Positions 53,878 to 62,067 are shown, counted from the first letter of the stretch. The stretch is DNA of 64,000 bases from Candidatus Rokuibacteriota bacterium (GCA_003220685.1 QHTE01000068.1:230-64229), one strand, 5' to 3'. Notes: generated from the sequence alone by a model not told the origin. Numbers and translations are program-made.

Positions 53878-54453
53878 ATGGGGCAGGCTCCGCTAACGGT
53901 CCGGCGCTGGAAGCGGGTCGAGTATGACCGGCTGGTTGATCTTGGAGCGTTCGAGGGCGAGCCACTCGAGCTCCTCGGCGGCCAGCTCATCGTCGCGGAG
54001 CCGAAGGCCGCGTATCACAGCTCCGCGGTGACCGCCGCTGACTATGCGCTGAGGGCGGCCCTTCCGTCGGGCTGGATTGTGCGAAATCAGCAGCCCGTGT
54101 CGCTCGACGACGAATCTGAGCCTGAGCCCGATCTGGTCGTCGTGCCAGGGCGGCCGGGCGACTATCGCGACGCCCACCCCGAGCGCCCGGCGCTTGCGAT
54201 CGAGGTGGCGCATTCGAGCCTCTATTTCGACCGAGAGCACAAAGGCAGCCTCTACGCGCGGGCAGGGATCGAGGACTACTGGATCGTCAACCTGGTCGAC
54301 GGGGTCCTCGAGATCTACCGCGATCCGAGCCACGACCCGGCGGCGATCTACGGCTGGCGCTATCGCTCCGTCACCACCTTGGCGGCGCCCGCCGCCGCCG
54401 TTCCCCTCGCCTTCCCGTCGAGCCCCATCGCCGTCGCCGACCTGTTGCCCTAG
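53878..54453 (+). CDS. Uma2 family (DUF820) putative endonuclease
   Basis: The blocks ..YDRLVDLGAF..ELLGGQLIV.., ..EPEPDLVVV.., ..PALAIEV..S.. and ..K..LYARAGIEDYWIVNL.. are present. Confidence 0.85.
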   Translation: MGQAPLTVRRWKRVEYDRLVDLGAFEGEPLELLGGQLIVAEPKAAYHSSAVTAADYALRAALPSGWIVRNQQPVSLDDESEPEPDLVVVPGRPGDYRDAHPERPALAIEVAHSSLYFDREHKGSLYARAGIEDYWIVNLVDGVLEIYRDPSHDPAAIYGWRYRSVTTLAAPAAAVPLAFPSSPIAVADLLP

Positions 54454-54474
54454 ATCGCGCCCGGCGCGATGGCT

Positions 54475-55662
54475 TTAGATCGCGCCCCCGGCGCGTAGCT
54501 TCGCGATGTCGTCCTTCGTGTAGCCGAGGCCCGCGAGCACCTCGTCGGTGTGCTGGCCCAGGCGCGGCGGCGGGGTCTCGATGCTCGGGCCGCCGTCGGC
54601 GAACTTGAACGCGGCCATCGGCACGGTCACCGGCCCTTCGATGCCTTCGATCTTCTCGTGGCGGTGCAAGACGCCCCGCGTGGCGAGCTGTGGATCGTTC
54701 AGCGACTCCGAGAGGCGCCGCACGCGACCGGCCGGGACGTGGCTGCCCTGGAGGTATTGCTCCCACTCGTCGGCGGTCCGCTGCGCGATGATCTTCTGGA
54801 GCTCCTCGGTCTGCTTCTCGTAGAGCGCCTCGCGCTCGTCGTGGCTCGACTGCGCGGCGAGGTCCGGGCGGCCGACGGCGCGGAAGAGACGCTCGTGCTG
54901 GCCGCGGTTGCCGGCGGCGATCATCAGCGGCGCGTCCTTGGCCGCGTAGAGCTGGCTGCTGGCGCGGTCCATGCGATTGCCCTTGGGCTTGGGCTCGCTC
55001 CCGGTGCGCAGGTAGGACGTGATGTATGAGCCCATCAGCATCATCGACACGTCGAGCATCGAGCTGTCGATGTACTGGCCGCGCCCCGTGCGCTCGCGCT
55101 GGAAGAGCGCGGCCGAGATCGCGAACGCGCACATCGTGCCAGTGGCGTAGTCGATGACGGGCGCGCCGGTCTTGATCGGGTTCACGTCCGGCGTGCCGGT
55201 CATCGCCATCATTCCCGACGTGGCCTGGATCAGCTGGTCGTAGGCGGTCTGCACCCCGCGCGGCCCCTCCTGGCCGAACGCGGTCATCGAGCAGTAGATC
55301 AGCCGCGGGTTGAGCGGCCAGAGATCGCTCCAGCCGAGCCCCAGGGCGGGGAAGGCGCCCGAGCGCCAGTTCTCCACCAGCACGTCGGCGTCCTTCACGA
55401 GCTTCTTCAAGATCTCGCGTCCCTCCTCGTGCTTCAAGTTCAGGGTGATCGCGCGCTTGTTAGAGGCCTGCGTGAGGAAGCCCGTCCCCATCTGTTGGCG
55501 GTTGAGGGCGCGGTCGCCCCCCGAGTCGCGGCTCTGGTCGTAGTCGATCGGATGCTCGACCTTGATGACGTCCGCGCCGAGCAGCGCCAGCTGGTAAGCG
55601 GCAAACGGCCCGGCGAGCACATGGGTGATATCGATGATCTTGATGCCCTCGTATGGCCTCAT
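54475..55662 (-). CDS. CaiB/BaiF family CoA-transferase
   Basis: MRPYEGIKIIDITHVLAGPFAAYQLALLGADVIKVEHP.. is the family III CoA-transferase N-terminal block. Confidence 0.9.
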   Translation of the reverse strand: MRPYEGIKIIDITHVLAGPFAAYQLALLGADVIKVEHPIDYDQSRDSGGDRALNRQQMGTGFLTQASNKRAITLNLKHEEGREILKKLVKDADVLVENWRSGAFPALGLGWSDLWPLNPRLIYCSMTAFGQEGPRGVQTAYDQLIQATSGMMAMTGTPDVNPIKTGAPVIDYATGTMCAFAISAALFQRERTGRGQYIDSSMLDVSMMLMGSYITSYLRTGSEPKPKGNRMDRASSQLYAAKDAPLMIAAGNRGQHERLFRAVGRPDLAAQSSHDEREALYEKQTEELQKIIAQRTADEWEQYLQGSHVPAGRVRRLSESLNDPQLATRGVLHRHEKIEGIEGPVTVPMAAFKFADGGPSIETPPPRLGQHTDEVLAGLGYTKDDIAKLRAGGAI

Positions 55663-55700
55663 GGGTCCTCCCGCGTGGTGTGCGCTATTCTACTTTGAGT

Positions 55701-55741
55701 GGCGCCTCGCCGGCGGAGGAGTCCCGACGGCCTGCAGCGCG
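55701..55741 (-). repeat. Degenerate REP-like element, copy F
   Basis: GGCGCCTCGCCGGCGGAGGAGTCCCGACGGCCTGCAGCGCG shares both arms (GGCGC..CGCCGGCGG / CGACGGCCTGCAGCGC) with the family. Its centre is diverged. Confidence 0.55.
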
Positions 55742-55808
55742 AACTGCTTTGCGGGAGGATTTCGATGAGCGCGCCCGCAACAAGGTCGGCCTGCTCAAGC
55801 TGCGCGCG

Positions 55809-55994
55809 ATGTACCAGGCCGAGAGCTGGCCCGACTGGGTGGACCAGGACGACGACGACGCGCTGTGCCCGATCGTCGGCAAGCCGGAGGACATCCACAT
55901 CGTCGTCACGGGCGGCCCCGGCAAGCACTCGGCCTTCGTCCCGACCTTCGGCACGTCGAAGTCGGTGACGCGGAAGATCGAGATCCGCGCCTAG
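55809..55994 (+). CDS. Hypothetical small protein; true start uncertain (coding signal extends upstream to about 55764)
   Basis: The frame ..DERARNKVGLLKLRAMYQAESWPDWVDQDDDDALCPIVGKPEDIHIVVTGGPGKHSAFVPTFG..KIEIRA has very high GC3. The first in-frame ATG is 55809. A perfect GGGAGGA + ATG (55765) lies one nucleotide out of frame. Confidence 0.4.
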   Translation: MYQAESWPDWVDQDDDDALCPIVGKPEDIHIVVTGGPGKHSAFVPTFGTSKSVTRKIEIRA

Positions 55995-56536
55995 ACCTTC
56001 AGCACCTCGGCGCCCGGCGCGGCCTCGAGCTCGCAGGCGTTGACCGTCATCGCCAGCATGGCGTAGTAGCCGATCGCGCCGGTGAGCTGGATGAAGCCGT
56101 CGTTGCCGAACCGGCCGATCAGCGCCTTCACGGTGGCCTCGTCGACCCGGTGCTTGCGCATCAGCTGGCGCGTGAACTCGACGATCTGCGCGTCCTCGGC
56201 CGGAATGCCGCGGCTGTCATTTTCGCGGATCGCGGTGATGGTCGACTCCGGCACGCCGAGCCGCCGGGCGCCGCCCGTCTGCGCGCCCCAGACGTAGACG
56301 GCCTCGAGCTCGCGCGCGACCGTCATGGCGGCGAGCACGCGCACGCGCAGGTCGAGCGAGCCCTCGAACCGCACGTAGGCGCCCAGATGCGCGAGCCGGC
56401 CCGCCAGCTCGGGCGAATGCAGGAACATCGTGAACGGCCCCTGCAAGGCACCGCGGCTCGCGACGATCGAGTCGACGATCGCCTGGTCCTTCGCGGCGAC
56501 CTGGTTCTTGCTGGTGATCGGTGTCAGCCTTGCCAT
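55991..56536 (-). CDS. Carboxymuconolactone decarboxylase (CMD/AhpD-like) family protein
   Basis: The product is 181 aa. The pattern ..LQGPFTMFLHSPELAGRLAHLG..VARELEAVYVWGAQ..GYYAMLAMTVNA.. is typical of two-CMD-repeat proteins. Confidence 0.75.
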   Translation of the reverse strand: MARLTPITSKNQVAAKDQAIVDSIVASRGALQGPFTMFLHSPELAGRLAHLGAYVRFEGSLDLRVRVLAAMTVARELEAVYVWGAQTGGARRLGVPESTITAIRENDSRGIPAEDAQIVEFTRQLMRKHRVDEATVKALIGRFGNDGFIQLTGAIGYYAMLAMTVNACELEAAPGAEVLKV

Positions 56537-56546
56537 GCATTCCTCC

Positions 56547-58916
56547 TCAAGCGATTCCAGCTTCTCGGAGCAGCGTGTAGACCCGGTGCGGCGTCAGCAC
56601 CGGATTCGTGACGTCGAGGCGTCCCTCGAACGCGTCCGCAACCGCGTTGGCGATCGCCGCGGTCGGCGGCCCGGTGGCGCCCTCGCCGACCCCGCGCACG
56701 CCGAGCGGGTTGTGGTCGGTCGCGAAGCGCAGGTGCTCGATGACGAGCGGCGGCATGTCCTCCGCCCGCGGGATAGGGTAGTCCATCAGCGTGTTCGTGA
56801 GGAGCTGGCCGTCGTCGCCGTGGACGACGTGCTCGCCGAGCACGACGCCCAGGCCCTGGGCGAAGCCGCCCACGATCTGGCCGTCGACGATCACCGGATG
56901 GAGCTGGCGGCCGCAGTCGTGCACGATCGCGTAACGGAGGATCGCGACGCGGCCGGTCTCGACGTCGACCTCGACCGCCGCTGCGTGCACGCCGCTCGCC
57001 CACGTCACGGTCGGCGGCGAGTAGAATTTCGTGGCCCAGAGCCCCGGACCGCCGAGCTCGACGAGCCCTCGATCGGTCAGCGCCGCGCGAGCGACCTGGG
57101 CGAGCGGAATCGCGCGCCCTGGCGCGCCGACCACGAAGGCGCGCCCGTCCTCGATGCGCACGTCGTCGGGCGCGCACTCGAGCAGGCCGGCGGCGACGCG
57201 ACACGCCTTGACCTTCACCTCGGCGGCGGCGACGGCCACGGCATTGCCGGTGTTCACGGCGACCCGGCTGGCGCCGGTCCCGTAGCCGAAGGGCACCAGT
57301 GTGGTGTCGCCGCCGCGGACGCGGATGTCGTCGAACGCGACCCCGAGGTACTCCGCGCATACCTGGGCGAACACGGTCTCGTGACCCTGGCCCGAGCCCG
57401 ACACGCCGATCAGCACCTCGACGTGCCCGTGCTCGTCGACCTTGACCGTCGCCCATTCGCCGGGGCGCACGCTGCCGCCGGCCTCGAGATACGCGGCGAT
57501 CCCGAGGCCGATGCGCCGTCCCTGCGCGCGCAGCTCCGCCTGCCGCTTGCGCCAGCCCGAGTAGTCGAGGAGATCGAGCACGCGCCGGAGCTCGAGCGGG
57601 TAGTCGCCGCCGTCGTAGCTCACGGCGACGCCGTCCCGGTACACGAGGCCCGGCCGATACGGCATCTCGTGCGGCGCGATCTGATTTCGCGCACGAACTT
57701 CGGCGGGATCGAGGCCGAGCCGGGCCGCGAGACGATCGAGCAGGCGCTCGACGACCAGGATTGCCTCGGGCCGGCCGGCGCCGCGATAGGGGGCGCTCGG
57801 CGTCTTGTTGGTGACAACCGCGAAGCCTTCGGCGCGGAAGGCCGGCACCCGGTATTGCGAGGGCAGGTGGTTGATCGTGTTCGTCGGCTCGTGGACCGAG
57901 AAGTAGTGATACGCGCCGACGTCCTTCACGATTCGAGCCTCGAGGCCGAGAATGCGCCCGTCGCGTGTCGCCGCGAGCCGCGCGTGATGGGCCTGCTGTC
58001 GCGCCTGGTGCGAGCTCGACAGAAACTCCGTGCGCGTCTGGATCCATTTCACGGGTCGGCCGAGATGGTGGGCGAGCATGGGGACGAGCAGGTCCTCGGG
58101 ATAGATGCCTTCCTTCGGACCGAAGCCGCCGCCGGTGTCCGGCGCGATCACCCGGATGCTCTCGGCCGGAAGTCTCAGGCGCGCCGCGACGGCGCCGCGG
58201 AGGTGATAAGGGCCCTGGTGCGCCGCCCACAGGGTCAGGCTCCCGATGGCCGGATCGAAGACGGCGCAGAGACCTCGCGTCTCGATCGCCATCGAGGTCA
58301 CGCGGCCGTGCGCGGGATGATCTTCGACGACCACATCGGCCTCGGCGAACGCGCGGTCGACGTCGCCGATCACCTTCACGACCTGGCCGACGACGTTGCT
58401 CGCGCCGTCGTGGACCGACGGCGACGTGGGGAGCATGGCAGCCTCGGCGTCGACCACGGCGGGCTGCGGCTCGTACTCCACCCGAACGAGCGCTGCCGCG
58501 TCAGCCGCTCGGTACGGGTCGGGCCCGACCACCGCGGCAATCGGCTCGCCGACATACCGGACCTCGCCGCGGGCGAGCGGCCTCTGCGGCCGCGGCGTGT
58601 CGAGACGGACGTAGGGATTCGTGCGATCGGCGCGCGCGGCGGGGAGTGGGTCAGCCAGCCCGGGTAGATCGTCGGCGAGAAAGACCGAGACGGCCCCTTG
58701 CGTGCGCGCGGCCTCGACGTCCACGCCGGCGAGTCGCGCCCGGGCGTGGGTCGAGCGCACCAGTATCAGATGCAGGAGACCCGGCGGGGCGATGTCATCG
58801 ATGAACCGGCCCCGTCCGGTGATCAGCCGCTCGTCTTCCTTGCGCCGGGGAGATTGACCGATCACGGAAGACAGGATGATACATGGTGTCGGCGTAGGGC
58901 CGCCACGCGATCTCAC
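56547..58916 (-). CDS. Xanthine dehydrogenase/aldehyde oxidase family molybdopterin-binding large subunit
   Basis: The blocks ..IGQSPRRKEDERLITGRGRFIDDI.., ..GGGFG.K.. and ..GVGEG.. are present. The length is 789 aa. The true start may be GTG 58865. No FeS or FAD subunit genes are adjacent. Confidence 0.88.
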   Translation of the reverse strand: MRSRGGPTPTPCIILSSVIGQSPRRKEDERLITGRGRFIDDIAPPGLLHLILVRSTHARARLAGVDVEAARTQGAVSVFLADDLPGLADPLPAARADRTNPYVRLDTPRPQRPLARGEVRYVGEPIAAVVGPDPYRAADAAALVRVEYEPQPAVVDAEAAMLPTSPSVHDGASNVVGQVVKVIGDVDRAFAEADVVVEDHPAHGRVTSMAIETRGLCAVFDPAIGSLTLWAAHQGPYHLRGAVAARLRLPAESIRVIAPDTGGGFGPKEGIYPEDLLVPMLAHHLGRPVKWIQTRTEFLSSSHQARQQAHHARLAATRDGRILGLEARIVKDVGAYHYFSVHEPTNTINHLPSQYRVPAFRAEGFAVVTNKTPSAPYRGAGRPEAILVVERLLDRLAARLGLDPAEVRARNQIAPHEMPYRPGLVYRDGVAVSYDGGDYPLELRRVLDLLDYSGWRKRQAELRAQGRRIGLGIAAYLEAGGSVRPGEWATVKVDEHGHVEVLIGVSGSGQGHETVFAQVCAEYLGVAFDDIRVRGGDTTLVPFGYGTGASRVAVNTGNAVAVAAAEVKVKACRVAAGLLECAPDDVRIEDGRAFVVGAPGRAIPLAQVARAALTDRGLVELGGPGLWATKFYSPPTVTWASGVHAAAVEVDVETGRVAILRYAIVHDCGRQLHPVIVDGQIVGGFAQGLGVVLGEHVVHGDDGQLLTNTLMDYPIPRAEDMPPLVIEHLRFATDHNPLGVRGVGEGATGPPTAAIANAVADAFEGRLDVTNPVLTPHRVYTLLREAGIA

Positions 58917-58985
58917 CAGTGGGCCCGGCGAGGTCGCGCGGCGGCCGCTGAGGGCTACGGAGAACGCTAGCGACGCCCCGTCGCT

Positions 58986-59603
58986 TCAGTGCCGATCACG
59001 CTCCACTTTGATCTGGCCACGAATCTCGCCCGAGTTGTATTTTGTGGCGACCCCTCCCGCGTTGGCCGAATGCACGTTCGCGTAGGTCACGCCGGCCCGA
59101 ATCGCCGCCACGAACTCGGCGAACTCGGCGTCGGTCGAGCCAGCCCCCGTAGGCGAGGCCTCGATGCCCTGGGCGTTGGCGCTATTGGCCACGTTGGCCT
59201 TCGTCAAGATGCCCGTCACCGTTCCCGACTGTGGGCAGGTCGGTGCGTGCCCGGTGGGGTCCATATTGAAGCTGGTCTGACAGAGGAAGACCACGATGCC
59301 GCCGTTGACGCGACGCTGCCCGATGTGGATGTGAGACTGCCGCACGTCGCCCTCGAGCCCGGAATAGCTCAAGGTGTACGTGATACTGGTGCCGTCGGCG
59401 CTGATCTCGCCGCGGAAGCTGCCGCTCGCGGGGGTCGAGATCGCCGGTACCTCATGGAACCCGCGAAGCGTGGCGCTCAGATTGAAGCCGTCATCTCTGT
59501 CGCGGTCATCCTTCCCGTCGCCGGCCGTTGCCAGGAGGGAGGGCCCGAGCACCACCAGGAGACCAACAAGGGCGACGAACAGGCTGATCACACATCGCTT
59601 CAT
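58986..59603 (-). CDS. Secreted CHRD domain protein
   Basis: The start is at internal ATG 59603 (MKRCVISLFVALVGLLVVLG, a signal peptide), preceded by GGGAGGA. The blocks ..LRGFHEVP..SGSFRGEI.., ..SHIHIGQ.. and ..YANVHS....GEIRGQI are present. Confidence 0.8.
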   Translation of the reverse strand: MKRCVISLFVALVGLLVVLGPSLLATAGDGKDDRDRDDGFNLSATLRGFHEVPAISTPASGSFRGEISADGTSITYTLSYSGLEGDVRQSHIHIGQRRVNGGIVVFLCQTSFNMDPTGHAPTCPQSGTVTGILTKANVANSANAQGIEASPTGAGSTDAEFAEFVAAIRAGVTYANVHSANAGGVATKYNSGEIRGQIKVERDRH

Positions 59604-59708
59604 CTCGTGTCCTCCCACCTTCGGGTTCAGGCGACGGCCAGTGAGACACCTTATGCGATACGCTCATAACCCCTTCGAGAGGTTCCCGGTTCCCGACGGT
59701 TTGTGACG

Positions 59709-60209
59709 TTATCGTTGAGCGCCGGTTTTCTTCCGGTACTCGGCGATGTGGCGCTCGAGGTCGCCGAGCTCCTCGCACGGGATCAGGCAAATCTTGCGGA
59801 GGGCCGCGAGGTGCTCCTCGGCGCGGGCGAGATCGCCGACCATCAAGTACGCTTCGCCGGCATACTCGTGGGCGCCGCGGTGTCGCGGATTGAGCTCGAG
59901 CGCCCGCTTGTAGTGCTGGAACGCTCGGTCGAGCTGTCCGAGGTTCCGATACGAATATCCGAGATAATTCTGTAGGTCCGCGTTGTCGGGATCGCGAAGC
60001 GCCGCCTTGGTGAACCGCCCGGCCGCCTCGCGCCAGTCCTCGCGGTCGAGCGCCGCCTTGCCGGCCGCGTAATCCGGATCGCTCGCGGCGGCCTCCGGCT
60101 TGGTCTCCGACGGCTCCCCGAACGCAGGCGGTGGCATCGTGACCGCGGCGATCAGCGCGGCCGCCGCTACGCTCCAGCGGCGCAGCCGACGCGCCGGCCG
60201 GCGTGTCAT
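59709..60209 (-). CDS. Exported tetratricopeptide-repeat protein
   Basis: The N-terminus is Arg-rich signal-like (MTRRPARRLRRWSVAAAALIAAV). The TPR pattern reads ..NYLGYSYRNLGQLDRAFQHYKRALELNP..AHEYAGEAYLMVGD... The ATG overlaps the upstream stop (TGATG). Confidence 0.78.
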   Translation of the reverse strand: MTRRPARRLRRWSVAAAALIAAVTMPPPAFGEPSETKPEAAASDPDYAAGKAALDREDWREAAGRFTKAALRDPDNADLQNYLGYSYRNLGQLDRAFQHYKRALELNPRHRGAHEYAGEAYLMVGDLARAEEHLAALRKICLIPCEELGDLERHIAEYRKKTGAQR

Positions 60210-61198
60210 CACACCGGCCCGTTCGGGGCGACCAGGATCTTGCCGCTGCGCTCGCCGCGCTGGGCATGGGCGACCGCTTCCTTGATATCCTCGATGGGGT
60301 AGATCATCTCGATCGGCGCCGACAGGTTGCCCTTGGCGACCTGCTGCCCGAGATCGGCATAGATCGCCCGGATCTGGTCGAGCGACCGCGTGGCCAGCCC
60401 GCGACCCAGGATGAAGCCGACAAGAGACAGGCCACCCGAGATCAGCGCGCTGCGAGACATGACCGGGTCCTCGCTCGTCATCGAACCGTAATTACAGACC
60501 ACGCCCCCCTCGGCCAGACATGCCGAGAGTCGTGCGGTCGCCCGGCCGGACACGGCGTCGAGGCCGAGCCGGATCGGCGCGCCGTGCGTCTGAGTCTTGA
60601 CCACCTCGGCCAGATCCGGCCCGTCGATGACGCAGACGTCGGCGCCGAGGGCCTTGAGCTCGCCGAACAGGGATTCGCGCCGCACCACGTTCACCGTCTT
60701 CACGCCTCGCGGGCGCGCCAGCCGGATCACGAGCCGACCGACGGCCGAGTTGGCGACGTTCTGGATGACCCAGTCTCCGGGCTTCAGGGGCACGATGTCA
60801 GTGAGCAGCAGGAGCGCGGTCGCCGGATTGATCCGCAGCATCGCCGCTTGCTGGATGTCGATCCCGTCCGACACGGCGATGACGTCCTCGCCCTTGACGC
60901 GCCGCTCCTGGGTCCAGTTCTCCCGTTGCAGATTGATCACGAGGTCGCCGACCTTGACGTGCGTCACGCCCGCGCCGACCGCGGTGACGCGTCCGATGCA
61001 TTCGGCGCCGGGCGTGGCCGGCAGCTCCGGCTTGAGGCGGTAGGTACCCCGGCAGAACGAGATGTCGGCGGGGTTGATCGGAAACGCCAGAACCTCGAAG
61101 ACGACCTCGCCCGCGGCCGGCGCGCCGACATCCGGGACGTCCGCGCAGCGCAGGCCGTCTTCAGGCTGGCCGTAGCGGTCGAGCAGAATCTGTTTCAT
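60209..61198 (-). CDS. MDR-family NAD(P)H-dependent oxidoreductase (quinone oxidoreductase / enoyl reductase-like)
   Basis: The blocks ..FPINPADISFCRGTY.., ..GAECIGRV.. and ..NVANSAVGRLVIRLA.. are present. AAGGAG precedes the ATG. Confidence 0.85.
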   Translation of the reverse strand: MKQILLDRYGQPEDGLRCADVPDVGAPAAGEVVFEVLAFPINPADISFCRGTYRLKPELPATPGAECIGRVTAVGAGVTHVKVGDLVINLQRENWTQERRVKGEDVIAVSDGIDIQQAAMLRINPATALLLLTDIVPLKPGDWVIQNVANSAVGRLVIRLARPRGVKTVNVVRRESLFGELKALGADVCVIDGPDLAEVVKTQTHGAPIRLGLDAVSGRATARLSACLAEGGVVCNYGSMTSEDPVMSRSALISGGLSLVGFILGRGLATRSLDQIRAIYADLGQQVAKGNLSAPIEMIYPIEDIKEAVAHAQRGERSGKILVAPNGPV

Positions 61199-62042
61199 GC
61201 CCTCGCTCCTTGTTCAGAGGCGCGCCTCGGCCGGCGGGGCCCCAGCCCCGCGACCAGCCGAGCCAGCTGCAGAGGGCGCGTCCCATGATCAGCTCCTTGT
61301 CCCTCGCCGTCAGCCACGGCAGCTCTTCGGTGAACATGGTGACGCACTGTTTCCACGAGCACGGCATCCGCGTGATGTCGGTCCCCCAGAACATGCGATC
61401 GGGGCCGAAGGCGTCGTAGAGCTTCCGGATGTGGCCGTGGATGTCGCGGTAGGGATAGGGCTGCGCCGAATAGCTCGGCGCTCCGGTCGCCTTCAGCGCG
61501 ACGTTGCGGTGCTTCGCCGCGGCGACGAGGTCCGGCAGATTCGACCAGGCCGCGTCGGGGCGCCCGAAGTGATCGATGATCAGCTTGAGCCCCGGATGGC
61601 GCTCGGCGATCTTGCCGATCACTTGCAGGAGCCCTGGCCCGAGCAGCGCGATCGGCATCCCCGCGCGTTCGGCCGCGGCCCAGAGCCAGTCGAGGCTTCC
61701 GTCGGTCAGCCACGTCTGCTGATGCGGCTGCAGCAGCGCGAAGCGCAGGCCGAGCATCCCGGGCTTGCCCTTCAAGCCGTCGATCGCCGAGCGGCTCTCG
61801 GGGCGGTCGAGCGGGAAGTTGGCGAGGATCGCCAGGCGGTTGGGATGCTGGCGCGCGGCCTCGACCGCCAGCGCGTTGGAGCTGGGATCCCACCCGGGCG
61901 GATGGATCACGGCCGCGTTGACGCCCCCCTCGTCCATCTCCTTGAGCACGTCGTCCGCCGTGTAGTCGGCGATCTGGCGATGGTTCGGATTCGTCGGCTT
62001 GTGGCCTTTCCAGATGTGGATCTGCGCGTCGACGATCAGCAT
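61161..62042 (-). CDS. Amidohydrolase family protein; the C-terminal ~30 codons are read through a REP element and into the next gene
   Basis: The blocks MLIVDAQIHIW.., ..IIDHFG.. and ..FWGTD.. are present. Homology appears to end near ..GRALCSWLGW. The ORF then continues through the repeat and overlaps the downstream start by 38 nt. Confidence 0.8.
   Translation of the reverse strand: MLIVDAQIHIWKGHKPTNPNHRQIADYTADDVLKEMDEGGVNAAVIHPPGWDPSSNALAVEAARQHPNRLAILANFPLDRPESRSAIDGLKGKPGMLGLRFALLQPHQQTWLTDGSLDWLWAAAERAGMPIALLGPGLLQVIGKIAERHPGLKLIIDHFGRPDAAWSNLPDLVAAAKHRNVALKATGAPSYSAQPYPYRDIHGHIRKLYDAFGPDRMFWGTDITRMPCSWKQCVTMFTEELPWLTARDKELIMGRALCSWLGWSRGWGPAGRGAPLNKERGHETDSARPLRPA
61219..61280 (-). 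repeat. REP-like element, copy E (one arm carries an insertion), lying inside the 3' end of an ORF
   Basis: GGCGCGCCTCGGCCGGCGGGGCCCCAGCCCCGCGAC matches the family. The other arm (..CAGCCGAGCCAGCTGCAGAGGGCGCG) is interrupted. It is translated as ..GWSRGWGPAGRGAP.. in the amidohydrolase ORF. Confidence 0.75.
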
Positions 62043-62067
62043 GCCTATTTCTCCTTCGTGCTGCTCC

